A program made the position numbers and the translations under genes. This document shows positions 41,071 through 50,642 of a stretch of 64,000 nt of DNA, one piece after another. How positions within the stretch are numbered: the stretch's first letter is position 1; each line of letters begins with the position of its first letter. A model generated the notes under the pieces. It saw nothing but the letters and a program-made list of their open reading frames with translations, did no database searches and was not told the origin of the DNA. This DNA comes from an uncultured Chloroflexia bacterium (lineage in GTDB: Bacteria; Chloroflexota; Anaerolineae; Anaerolineales; UBA4823), in contig CAVSBZ010000005.1 of NCBI GenBank assembly GCA_963726315.1, positions 1,794,829 to 1,858,828 of the forward strand, given 5' to 3'.

Positions 41071-41511
41071 ATGAAACCTCGAACCAGGGCACGCAGTATT
41101 GCCCTGCAGGCACTTTACGAAATTGATATGACCGGTCACCCACCGGAAGTAGTTATCGCAGAGAGATTATCTGAAACCCCATTGGAAGATAACCTGGGTG
41201 ATTTTGCTAGGAAAATTGTTTTCGGAATCCAACCTATCATCAACGAGCTTGATCAGATTATTGCTAAACACGCTCCTGAATGGCCATTAGACCAGGTAGC
41301 GGTGATTGATCGGAATATTATGCGCATCGCCTTATGGGAAATTGCCGTCAGTAACCAGACGCCTCTAAAGGTGGCAATCAACGAAGCCGTTGAATTAGGC
41401 AAAATTTATGGCTCTGAAAGCACACCCCGCTTCGTCAATGGCGTGCTCGGAAGTCTTGCCCTTCACTACAACGATATCGTTCAATATTTTAAAAAGTTTG
41501 CCCAGGTTTAG
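41071..41511 (+). CDS. nusB: Transcription antitermination factor NusB
   Basis: 146 aa. RTRARSIALQALYEID start and NEAVELGK..FVNGVL motifs. Confidence 0.9.
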   Translation: MKPRTRARSIALQALYEIDMTGHPPEVVIAERLSETPLEDNLGDFARKIVFGIQPIINELDQIIAKHAPEWPLDQVAVIDRNIMRIALWEIAVSNQTPLKVAINEAVELGKIYGSESTPRFVNGVLGSLALHYNDIVQYFKKFAQV

Positions 41512-41513
41512 CA

Positions 41514-41984
41514 ATGGAATTATTCGGTATTGGTCCTCTTGAGCTTTTCTTTATCCTGGTCATTGCATTGATCATCCTCGGACCAAATGACATGGTCAAG
41601 GCAGGGCGGACTCTGGGTCGCTTCTTGCGGAAAGTGATCACATCGCCCGAGTGGCGCACAGTCCAAAAAGCCTCCCGTGAGCTTAAATATCTTCCCAACC
41701 GGTTGATGCGTGAAGCCAGTCTGGAAGACCTTTCCAAAGATTTTGATGATATCAATAAAATTGGTAGTCAGTTGAATAAGGACATGAGACAGGTGCAATC
41801 TGATCTCACTTCCTGGACAACTCCTCCTGACCTAATGCATCCTGATGAGCCAGATACTGGCAATACACCATCCACCCCTACTGAAGATGCACCTCCTACG
41901 GTGTTTGTAGACTCACCCATGCCCGATCCTGCGTCTGACATTGATCCTTCAGCTAACCCTGATCCTGAGACTAAACCAGATTAA
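41514..41984 (+). CDS. tatB: Twin-arginine translocase TatA/TatB-family subunit (TatB-like, long P/D-rich tail)
   Basis: 156 aa. MELFGIGPLELFFILVIALIILGP TM helix plus an amphipathic helix. Confidence 0.75.
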   Translation: MELFGIGPLELFFILVIALIILGPNDMVKAGRTLGRFLRKVITSPEWRTVQKASRELKYLPNRLMREASLEDLSKDFDDINKIGSQLNKDMRQVQSDLTSWTTPPDLMHPDEPDTGNTPSTPTEDAPPTVFVDSPMPDPASDIDPSANPDPETKPD

Positions 41985-41987
41985 TCT

Positions 41988-42901
41988 ATGCGCAAGTTGC
42001 TAAATTCACTCTGGAAATTTATTACCGCACCATTCCGCTTCGTCATGTGGGTGTTGAATCGCATCCTTAATGCCATAAAGAATTTCTCAAAAAACATTTC
42101 AGCGTATTTTTCCGAAGAAGAAACCGACGAATCTCCAATCGGAGAAACACTTGCCACCACGATAGAAAATCCATCTGCGCTGCTCCCGCATCTCATTGCA
42201 CTGCGTAAACATTTATTCAGAGCAGTGTTGGCAATTTTTATCGCCTCCGGTCTTGCATTTTTGTTCGTCCACCAAATTATGACCTTCCTCGCTGCACCTA
42301 TGCCAGGTGGGATCGAGAAACTTGTCGCCATCGACCCCACAGAGAATGTCGGCACGGTCATGCGCGTAACCCTGTTAAGCGGTTTCACCATTGCCTTACC
42401 CTACATCATCTTTGAGATATGGTTGTTTATCGCCCCAGCGCTAAGAGTTCGGTCGAGAGTTAAAGGACTGATCGCCATTCCCACCGCGATCCTTCTTTTC
42501 GGCGGGGGAATGGCTTTCACATTCTTTGTCATGCTTCCGACTGCATTACCTTTCCTATTTTAACTTTTAAAGGTTTAGTAACCCAACCTCGCCCCTCATC
42601 ATATTACAACTTCGTCACCAGCATCATGTTTTGGATCGGGCTGTCGTTTGAGTTTCCATTGGTGATCTATTTACTGGCTAGCCTGGGGTTAATCAAGCCA
42701 CAGCAATTAGCCTCCCAATGGAAGATTGCCATCGTTATTATCGCCGTGGTCGCGGCGATCATCACGCCAACTGTAGACCCGTTCAATATGGCAATCGTTA
42801 TGCTTCCAATGATCGTGCTTTACTTTATTAGCATCGGTCTGGCTTATTTTGCTCAACGGAACCGGTTAGCCAAACAAAAGGAGGTGCTGGAAAAAGTGTA
42901 A
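41988..42901 (+). pseudogene. tatC: Twin-arginine translocase subunit TatC, split by a -1 frame change in a T-run
   Basis: ORFs 41988-42563 and 42626-42901 are the N and C parts of TatC. The -1 frame from TTA at 42560 reads LTFKGLVTQPRPSSYYNFVTSIMFWIGLSFEFPLV, bridging both. Total 914 nt = 305 codons minus 1 nt. T4 run at 42558-61. Confidence 0.85.
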
Positions 42902-42964
42902 TCTGTTAGGACCATACGTTTTTCACTCAAAATAATAATACCTGATCTTATTAAGGAGGTATCC

Positions 42965-44116
42965 ATGCATGAACGTGTTGCCATAGTAGGAGTAGGCTGC
43001 ACAGGTTTTCGACCTATCACCCCTGAGCAGTCGTATAAGGAAATGGTATATGAAGCTGCCATGCGTGCCTATAATGATGCTGGTGTAGACCCCCGCCGTG
43101 ATGTGGATAGTTTTGTGACTGTCGCCGAAGATTTTCATGAGGGAACCAGCATCTTTGATGAATACACTCCAGATCAACTTGGGGGCGCACTAAAATCGGT
43201 GCATACCATCACGGGGGATGGATTACATGGAATCGCCACTGCTTATATGCTCATTCGCACCGGACAATTCGATGTTGTTGCCGTTGAAGGTCACAGCAAA
43301 GCCTCAAATATCAAGACCCTTTCTGAAGTTACTGCCTATGCGCAGGACCCAATATTAAATCGTCCTCTCAAGCTAAATAGTCATTTCATCGCTGGTCTCG
43401 AGATGAACCGTTTCTTATATGAAACCAATTCAACTGAAGAAGCCTGTGCTGCCGTTGTGGTCAAGAACCGCTTTAACGCTCTCAAAAATCCCATTGCACC
43501 TTACGGTGCAAACCTCTCCATTCAAGATGTTCTTTCCGGACCTGTCCTATCTTGGCCTTTAGGTGCGCACCAGGCTGCAGAACATGCCGATGGCGCAATT
43601 GTGATGGTGCTGGCAGCGGAAGAAAAAGCCACCTCCCTTACTGATAAGCCCATTTGGATCCTGGGTTCCGGCTGGAGTAACAATTCGCCCTCGCTCGAGA
43701 ATAGAGATTGGGCGCATGCCATCTACGCTGAGGAAGCTGCCTGGATGGCATACCGGCAAGCTGGCATCAGTAATCCTCTGGAAGCGATCGATATCGCCGA
43801 AGTGGACGATACCTACGCTTACAAAGAGCTGCAAGCCTTGGAAGCACTTGGCTTCTGCCCTGAAGGTGAAGCTGGCACCATCACCCTGCAGGGATTCACC
43901 AACCGAGATAGCGGCTTGCCCGTCAATGTTTCGGGAGGCAGCCTTGGGATGGGTAACCTGTTGGATGCCAATGGCCTGGCGCGTGCACTCGAGATCGTCC
44001 TTCAGCTGCGCGGAGAAGCCGGACCGCGCCAGGTTGAGGATATCAACATCGGTCTGGCCCAATCCTGGCGGGGTGTACCAACCACCAGCGGTGCAGTTCT
44101 GATCCTCACCAACTAG
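42965..44116 (+). CDS. Thiolase-like protein (SCP-x/archaeal type)
   Basis: 383 aa with a thiolase-like fold. AGGAGG upstream. First of two tandem paralogues. Confidence 0.75.
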   Translation: MHERVAIVGVGCTGFRPITPEQSYKEMVYEAAMRAYNDAGVDPRRDVDSFVTVAEDFHEGTSIFDEYTPDQLGGALKSVHTITGDGLHGIATAYMLIRTGQFDVVAVEGHSKASNIKTLSEVTAYAQDPILNRPLKLNSHFIAGLEMNRFLYETNSTEEACAAVVVKNRFNALKNPIAPYGANLSIQDVLSGPVLSWPLGAHQAAEHADGAIVMVLAAEEKATSLTDKPIWILGSGWSNNSPSLENRDWAHAIYAEEAAWMAYRQAGISNPLEAIDIAEVDDTYAYKELQALEALGFCPEGEAGTITLQGFTNRDSGLPVNVSGGSLGMGNLLDANGLARALEIVLQLRGEAGPRQVEDINIGLAQSWRGVPTTSGAVLILTN

Positions 44117-44129
44117 AAAGGATGCGAAC

Positions 44130-45296
44130 ATGGGACTGAGAAAAGTAGCTGTTGTTGGTGCTGGTATGACCAAGTTCGTCCGGCGTGCCCTGGAAACTCC
44201 CAAGGAGCTGACCTGGGAAGCGGCTCACATGGCACTCGAATCGTGTGAGATGACCATGGATGATATTGAGGGAGTTTGTTTCGGTACTGCGCCTGATGCC
44301 TTCGATGGAGTCCACCTCAACGGAGAATATGTCAGTGATGGAGCAGGTGGCTGGCGTAAGCCTTATATGCGTTCCTACGTCGGTGGTGGGACGGGAGTAT
44401 TCGTACCCATCCAGGGTTGGTATCACATAGCCTCTGGTCTGTTCGATGTGGTCATGGTCGTGGCGGAAGAGAAAATGTCTTCTTATTATCCACACGCCCA
44501 GGCAGCTTTCCTGACCATTTTTGACCATACCACAGAGCGTCCTCTTAAACCGAACCTGCTGTGGATTTTTGCCCTGGAAATGAACCGCTACATGACCACT
44601 TACGGCATCTCGAAGGCGGATATTGCCCAGGTGGCGGTACTACATAAGCGCAATGCTGCCAATCATCCTTGTGCGTTGCTGGGGGATGCCGATATAACCG
44701 TCAAGGATATCCTCGATTCTGAAGTGCTGGCCTGGCCGGTGCAACGCTTTGACGTCAGCCCGGTCTCTGATGGAGCCGTAGCGGTCATCCTGGCAGCCGA
44801 GCACATTGCCAAGCGCATCACCGACAAGCCAGTATGGATCGAAGGTGTGGGCTGGCACCTGGATACATCCTATTGGACCGACCGCGACCTGGCTTACCCA
44901 CGCTACGTGGAGTACGCTGCCCGCATGGCATACGATATGGCAGGGATCAAGGAACCCCGCAAGGAGATCCACATCGCAGAACCGTATGACCCGTTCGATT
45001 ATAAGGCGTTGCATCACCTGGAAGGGCTCCAACTGGCGGAACGCGGTAAGGCTGCCGAGCTTTATAGCGATGGCACTGCCGCCATCACCGGCAATATGCC
45101 CATCTGTCCATCCGGAGGCTTGTTGGGGGTTGGCAATCCCATCGCCGCTGCTGGTCTGATGAAGATCGCCGAGCTTTTCTGGCAGCTGCGCGGCGAAGCT
45201 GGTGCCAGGCAGGTACCGGGTCAGCCACGACGAGGTCTCGCCCAGGCCTGGGGTGACCTTATGCAAGTCGGCACAGTGGTCATTATGGGAAAATGA
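44130..45296 (+). CDS. Thiolase-like protein (SCP-x/archaeal type)
   Basis: 388 aa. Paralogue of 42965-44116, sharing C-terminal ...QLRGEAG.RQV....GL.Q. Confidence 0.75.
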   Translation: MGLRKVAVVGAGMTKFVRRALETPKELTWEAAHMALESCEMTMDDIEGVCFGTAPDAFDGVHLNGEYVSDGAGGWRKPYMRSYVGGGTGVFVPIQGWYHIASGLFDVVMVVAEEKMSSYYPHAQAAFLTIFDHTTERPLKPNLLWIFALEMNRYMTTYGISKADIAQVAVLHKRNAANHPCALLGDADITVKDILDSEVLAWPVQRFDVSPVSDGAVAVILAAEHIAKRITDKPVWIEGVGWHLDTSYWTDRDLAYPRYVEYAARMAYDMAGIKEPRKEIHIAEPYDPFDYKALHHLEGLQLAERGKAAELYSDGTAAITGNMPICPSGGLLGVGNPIAAAGLMKIAELFWQLRGEAGARQVPGQPRRGLAQAWGDLMQVGTVVIMGK

Positions 45297-45306
45297 GGAG
45301 GCTGTC

Positions 45307-45822
45307 ATGACTGCAAAAATTAAAGAATTCCCTGGAATATCCTTAAGCGAGCAGGATTTCGCTGACGGCAAGATTTTATATAACTTCGACAAGCTTAACG
45401 GCATCTATGCCTGGGACACTGGCATCGGTATCGGGAGCTACCTGGCGTCCTTGAAAGAAGGTGTACTCTTGGGAAGCCATTGCGCTACATGCCGAAAGAT
45501 TGTCATTCCTCCGCGCACCGTGTGCGAATGGTGCTACCGCCCCATGGATGAGTTTGTGCCGCTAAAAGATACCGGCACGGTAAATACGTTCTCACTATGC
45601 TATGTCACCTGGGATGTCAAGCGCATCAAAGAGCCCGAGATCCCCGCAGTGATCAACATCGATGGAGCCTCACCCTTACATGGAATCATGCACATGCTGG
45701 GTGAAATCGATCCCAAGGAAGTGAAAATTGGTATGCGCGTGCAGGCGGTGTGGAAACCTGCCAAAGCCCGGCAGGGTTCGATCAATGATATTTTATACTT
45801 CAAGCCCATCAAGGAGGCATGA
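45307..45822 (+). CDS. DUF35 Zn-ribbon/OB-fold protein (thiolase partner)
   Basis: ATG 45307 with GAGGAGG 6 nt upstream gives 171 aa with CATCRK..CEWC zinc ribbon and OB-fold tail ...YFKP. The track start at 45202 overlaps the thiolase and is rejected. Confidence 0.75.
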   Translation: MTAKIKEFPGISLSEQDFADGKILYNFDKLNGIYAWDTGIGIGSYLASLKEGVLLGSHCATCRKIVIPPRTVCEWCYRPMDEFVPLKDTGTVNTFSLCYVTWDVKRIKEPEIPAVINIDGASPLHGIMHMLGEIDPKEVKIGMRVQAVWKPAKARQGSINDILYFKPIKEA

Positions 45823-46286
45823 CCATGACACTCCTTCAACGTGATCCAAAATCTCCTCTCTCCTGGTTGGGAGATTTGCCTGTCACCAACCGCTATACGT
45901 ATGGGCTGGCAGGTGAAAAGTTTTTTCGTGCCCTTAAGGATGAGGGGAAAATCCTGGGTACCTATTGCCCACACTGCGACCATACTTATGTGCCTGCGGC
46001 GGCGTTTTGTGAACGCTGCCTCGGAAAATTGGACGAATGGCTCGACGTTGGCACGATTGGCGATGTGGTCACCTACACTGTGCTCAATGTGGCCCTGGAT
46101 GGCAGCCCACTCAAGGAACCCGAGCTCATCGCCTTCATCCGCTTTGGTGATGGTGGTTTGATTCATCACCTGGGTGAGATTGAGCCAGAACAAGTAGAGA
46201 TTGGCTTGATGGTCGAAGCAGTGCTCAAGCCTGCCTCGAAGCGGACTGGTTCCATCCTGGATATCAAGTATTTCAAACCAGCTTAG
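45819..46286 (+). CDS. DUF35 Zn-ribbon/OB-fold protein (thiolase partner)
   Basis: 155 aa. CPHCDH..CERC zinc ribbon and OB-fold tail ...KYFKPA. Overlaps the upstream stop by 4 nt. Confidence 0.75.
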   Translation: MTMTLLQRDPKSPLSWLGDLPVTNRYTYGLAGEKFFRALKDEGKILGTYCPHCDHTYVPAAAFCERCLGKLDEWLDVGTIGDVVTYTVLNVALDGSPLKEPELIAFIRFGDGGLIHHLGEIEPEQVEIGLMVEAVLKPASKRTGSILDIKYFKPA

Positions 46287-46467
46287 GTTAATCCGAAGTT
46301 CCTTGCATAAATTGTACCCTGCGGTGTTGTGAGATTCGCTTGTCACGAGTCTACAATATCGCCGCAGGATACAGTGTATTAATCATCTGCAATATCTCAT
46401 TACGTGATGATAAAATTCATTGAATTTCCAACTTGTTCTATTTTTTCTCGCAAGCTAAAACTAAATA

Positions 46468-48975
46468 ATGCGGACTCGTCGATATATGCCTCATATTCTA
46501 CGAAAATGGAACCCTGGTAAATTACTGGCTTTATTAATTCTGATCCTCCTGGTGGGATGCAATTTTCCTCCACAAAAAGCTTCATCTTCTGCTGATGCCA
46601 CTGCTGCTCCAGTGATTGAGCTGAAGCAAACGAAGGTCACATTCGGGGTGAGTATCACCCAGTCCATCCCGGCTGGTGATTCAATCTACCTCAACTTATT
46701 AGATGAAGTCACCGGTTTGTCGTTCAATGCCCATAAATACATCATGCAGGCAGACAATGCCCTCCATTATTCGGTCACGTTGCCCTTCACCATCGGGAAA
46801 GTAATCAAGTACCGCTATAGTCGTGAGGGTTCTACCATTGTAAATGAGCATCTTTACAACGATCGACCAGTCCGTTATCGACTGTATGACGTCGAGGGAC
46901 CTGCCACCGTCCAGGACATGATCAGCCGGTGGACTGACACCCAATACCAGGGTCCCACCGGACGCATTATGGGTGAAGCTTTGGATGTTACCACCGGCAA
47001 GCCGGTTCCCAACCTACTGGTAACAGCTGGTGGAGAGCAGGCTTTTACCCTGGCTGATGGAACCTTCCTGCTTGAAGGACTGCCGCCCGGTAATCACAAC
47101 ATGGTGTTTTATTCCCTGGATGGCGGGTATCATATCTACCAGCAAGGGGCGGTGGTGGCGGGTGGCTCAACAACTCCAGTAACAGTACAATTAAACCCCG
47201 CCAAATTGGTTACCGTCATATTCACGATTAAAGTACCTGCAGATACACCTGCAGATGCTCCCATCCGATTGGCTGGAAGCTTGTACCAATTAGGCAACAC
47301 ATTCACCGACTTATCCGGTGGAGTGAGCAGCCTGGCTTCCCGCATGCCCACCCTGGGCAAGCAAGAAGACGGTAGATACATGCTGACTATCAGTCTGCCT
47401 GCCGGCACGTATATTGAGTACAAATACACACTCGGAGATGGGCTGTGGAGTTCTGAAATGACTAGCACAGGTGCAATCCGACTGCGGCAGGTGCTCATCC
47501 CAGACAGCGACCTTGAGCAAAATGATCTTGTTGATGCCTGGCTATCTCCAGATTCCAATCCAATCCAATTTACAGTACAAGTGCCACCGGATACTCCGAA
47601 GAATGAGGCAGTATCGATCCAGTTCAACCCCGGTTTCGGATGGCTTGAACCACTACCAATGTCGCCCAGAGTAGATCTTGCAGGCTCATTCTGGACGTTC
47701 GAACTGACAGGACCGTTCAATCATCTGGCCAGTTTACAATACCGCTATTGCCGGCAGGAGCAATGCGGTGCCGCTGATGACACTTATACTTTGGGGATTA
47801 ATCCCAGTGGGCGGGTAATAAACCCCGCCTCGAACCCCGGATCGGTGAATGATATCGTCGATGAGTGGGCCTGGCTGGGTGCATCCACTGAGCCCGTGAC
47901 CATCGCTAACCTGCAGGTAACCTCACGCGGTCTTGATTTCACCGCCGGGCTCGGTTATCAGGATAATTACCATCCTTCCTGGGGTCCATTGCTTCCAGCT
48001 GCCATCAAGGATGTGCCGGGTCTTGGGGTGAACTGGCTGCTCCTTTCGCCCACCTGGACCTTTACCAATGGCAACCCTCCCATCCTTGAACCCCATCCGC
48101 CACAGGACATGCTCTTCCCGGAGCTGGTGAGCTCGATTGGCACAGCTCAACGCACCAACTTGAGCGTAGTCTTATTCCCACAAACGAATTTCCCTACAGA
48201 TGCCGATACATGGTGGCAAGATGCTGCCCGCGATTTTCCGTGGTGGGTTTCCTTTTTTGAGCGCTATTCAAATTTCGTGCTTCACCATGCCACTGTAGCC
48301 TCCAGCACAAACGCCGGAGTGCTGGTTTTAGGAGGCGATTGGCTGGACCCCGCCCTGCCGGGCGGTCAGCTTGCCGATGGCACGCCTAGCAATGTGCCCG
48401 AAGATGCTGAGGCACGCTGGCGCGCGCTGATTGGTAAGGTACGCGATCGTTATAGCGGGAAGATCGCCTGGGCCTTAGTCTATCCTGGGGGCATTCAAAA
48501 CCCACCACCCTTCCTGGATGCTGTCGACCAGGTTTACGTCTTGTGGTCAGCTCCGCTGGCAAGCCAGCCCGATGCGACAATGGAGGAAATGCAGGCTCAG
48601 GCAGCTGCCATCTTCGACCAGGAGCTGCTGCCCTTCCAGCAGCAGGTGCAGAAACCGTTGATCATCGCCATCTCCTACCCGTCAATCGACCAGGCTGCCA
48701 CCGGCTGCATCGCCATTGAAGGTGGTGGTTGCCTCGATTATGACCTGCTCTCCCAGCCCAATCCCGACATCCCTGAGCTTAAACTCAATCTGCAGGCACA
48801 GTCGGATACATATAATGCCGTCCTGTCAGCCATCAATGACCGCATCTGGATCTCGGGTTACGTATCAATGGGCTATTATCCTCCCGCCATCCTGCAGGAT
48901 AAATCCACTTCCATCCACGGTAAGCCTGCCAGCACTGTGTTGTATTATTGGTCACAGAAGTATTTGGGTAAATGA
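46468..48975 (+). CDS. Secreted lipoprotein with repeated beta-sandwich (CBM-like) modules, a CarboxypepD_reg-like domain and a TIM-barrel-like C-terminal region
   Basis: 835 aa. Lipobox LILLVGC. Three modules end in aromatic-rich Y(K/R)Y motifs (KYRYSREG, EYKYTLGDG, QYRYCRQ). GRIMGEALDVTTGKPVPNLLV resembles a carboxypeptidase regulatory domain. Function is a guess. Confidence 0.6.
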   Translation: MRTRRYMPHILRKWNPGKLLALLILILLVGCNFPPQKASSSADATAAPVIELKQTKVTFGVSITQSIPAGDSIYLNLLDEVTGLSFNAHKYIMQADNALHYSVTLPFTIGKVIKYRYSREGSTIVNEHLYNDRPVRYRLYDVEGPATVQDMISRWTDTQYQGPTGRIMGEALDVTTGKPVPNLLVTAGGEQAFTLADGTFLLEGLPPGNHNMVFYSLDGGYHIYQQGAVVAGGSTTPVTVQLNPAKLVTVIFTIKVPADTPADAPIRLAGSLYQLGNTFTDLSGGVSSLASRMPTLGKQEDGRYMLTISLPAGTYIEYKYTLGDGLWSSEMTSTGAIRLRQVLIPDSDLEQNDLVDAWLSPDSNPIQFTVQVPPDTPKNEAVSIQFNPGFGWLEPLPMSPRVDLAGSFWTFELTGPFNHLASLQYRYCRQEQCGAADDTYTLGINPSGRVINPASNPGSVNDIVDEWAWLGASTEPVTIANLQVTSRGLDFTAGLGYQDNYHPSWGPLLPAAIKDVPGLGVNWLLLSPTWTFTNGNPPILEPHPPQDMLFPELVSSIGTAQRTNLSVVLFPQTNFPTDADTWWQDAARDFPWWVSFFERYSNFVLHHATVASSTNAGVLVLGGDWLDPALPGGQLADGTPSNVPEDAEARWRALIGKVRDRYSGKIAWALVYPGGIQNPPPFLDAVDQVYVLWSAPLASQPDATMEEMQAQAAAIFDQELLPFQQQVQKPLIIAISYPSIDQAATGCIAIEGGGCLDYDLLSQPNPDIPELKLNLQAQSDTYNAVLSAINDRIWISGYVSMGYYPPAILQDKSTSIHGKPASTVLYYWSQKYLGK

Positions 48976-49107
48976 AGGCTACGATTTCAGGTGGGTCACT
49001 TTTGAATGATGATGAGAAGGGATACTATTCGATATATAGATATGGATCTCTGTTGATGTAATAAAGACCCACCACTACATTAATATATGTTTTTTTTGAC
49101 AATATTC

Positions 49108-49137
49108 GGGTGGAGCGTCGCTCCACCCCTACTTTTT
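49108..49137 (+). terminator. GC-rich hairpin plus T-run downstream of the lipoprotein gene
   Basis: GGGTGGAGCG-T-CGCTCCACCC palindrome (49108-28) followed by CTACTTTTT. T8 run on the 5' side. Confidence 0.45.
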
Positions 49138-49514
49138 CATAATTATCGTCGAGATCCAAACCTGGAGATCATATATAATAAAAAAAGTAAAAAAACGAAT
49201 AGGATCAAATCAGATCATAAAGCAACTAGAATGGTAGAGCACAAATTCGTCAAGATCATATCGGTAAAGACCATATTGGTACAGACCAACCGATACAGGC
49301 GAACACTGACCGATGTGGGAGGAAGGGACAGCCAAATAATTATTCACCCCTATGAGAATTTCGCATTTGGTTGCATGAAGTGTTTTGTCGTTGCGGAATC
49401 CACGTTCTATTCGGGGAAAACCAGCGCTCTTAGCTGGTTGTGGCAATCTACCTTTTCTAAGATTACTCAAAAGACTTTCCATTCACATTTGATTTTTAAG
49501 GTTCGTGGAACATT

Positions 49515-49593
49515 GCTCCCCGAAAATCAGCGGGGACAGGTTCAAGACCAGAAAAGAACTGGTCTTTTCCCCGAAATAAGTCGGGGATAACCG
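49515..49593 (+). repeat. Two diverged hairpin repeats resembling type I-E CRISPR repeats (array relic?)
   Basis: 49566-93 TTTCCCCGAAATAAGTCGGGGATAACCG and 49515-42 GCTCCCCGAAAATCAGCGGGGACAGGTT share TCCCCGAAA...CGGGGA. The first closely resembles the I-E consensus ...TTCCCCGCGCCAGCGGGGATAAACCG. Spacing is only 51 nt and only 2 copies are present, so this is not a functional array. Confidence 0.3.
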
Positions 49594-49661
49594 CAATGAC
49601 AATTATTTGAGGTAATATCGATAATTATGAATTCTACGGTTCAAGATAGGTAATTCAGTGA

Positions 49662-50642
49662 GAAGTTACGAAATACCGTCCTGAGTGCGGTGCATCTGAA
49701 GTTGAAGGTTCACCGGCTGGGTTGGAGATGCACCGTGCATTCGGAAGTCGGCTGGAAGCAACGGTGGTGTATTATCGCCAGGAGCAGCACATGAGCTATG
49801 TCCGCACTCAAAAGGCAATGCTCGACCTGCATCAGGTTGAGATCAGCCAGGGTGGGATCGATGAGATCATGAAACGTGCTGGAAAGTGGGCAATAGGCAA
49901 GCTCGGCCAGATCCAGGACAGTGTTCGCCACAGCCAGGTGGTTCATTGTGATGAAACCACCAACCGGATCAACGGAGCCAATGCTTGGGAATGGGTTTTT
50001 TGCACACTGACAAGTGTTTTGCATGTGATCCGTCGTGACCGAAGTGCGGAAGTGATCCGGGGTGTCATGCACGATTTACCGGCGGAAGTATGGGTGAGCG
50101 ACTGTTATGGGGGACAGTTGAAAGCCCCTGCCAGGCAAAGACAGTTATGTATGGCCCATCAATTGCGCGCCTTGCAGCATATTTTGGATGCTCAGCCTCA
50201 TTTGACCTGGGCCCACGCTCTGCGAAAGCTATTTCTACATGCCATCCAAGTTCATCGCCAACGTGACCAGATGACTAGCGCACAATTTGATAAACAAGTA
50301 GCTCAGATTGAGCGTAATTGTGATCGCCTGCTGCACCAAGACTTAGCTCCACCCGAAGCGCAGAGATTACAGCGCCGCTATTTGAAATATCGCTCCTGTC
50401 TGTTTGTGTTCTTGCATCGCAACGATGTTGAGCCGACAAACAACGTCGCTGAGCGCGCCTTGCGTCACTCGGTTGTGCATCGTAAGGTTACCAATGGATT
50501 TCGCTCCAACTGGGGCACAAACACTTATGCAGCGTTAGCATCGGTCATTGATACAGCTGAATTGGCTGGGGTTCGTGCTTTTGATGCGATCCAAGCTCTT
50601 TTCGGTCCGCCTTCACTCCCGATTTCCGGTTGCGGTGAGTAA
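49662..50642 (+). mobile_element. IS66-family transposase, 5'-truncated fragment
   Basis: The open frame from 49662 reads EVTKYRPECGASEVEG.. (half of the IS66 zinc finger) and then the DDE_Tnp_IS66 core (VVHCDETT..., WVSDCYGGQ, NNVAERALR). The roughly 150-200 aa usually N-terminal to this are absent. No IS66 accessory genes and no recognisable inverted repeats. Confidence 0.8.

Noticed and set aside
43559-46346. Antisense or overlapping ORFs in the thiolase/DUF35 cluster (43559-44203, 44106-44528, 44640-45404, 45600-46346, 43716-44102, 44806-45159, 45841-46161)
   Set aside because: These are shadows of GC-rich coding regions. The sense-strand proteins have clear thiolase and DUF35 signatures.
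49087-49590. 167-aa plus-strand ORF (and 49210-49482 minus) in the AT-rich stretch
   Set aside because: The sequence is low-complexity and K/R/F-rich. It spans hairpins and repeat relics, has no RBS and starts at a non-ATG codon. It was treated as non-coding.
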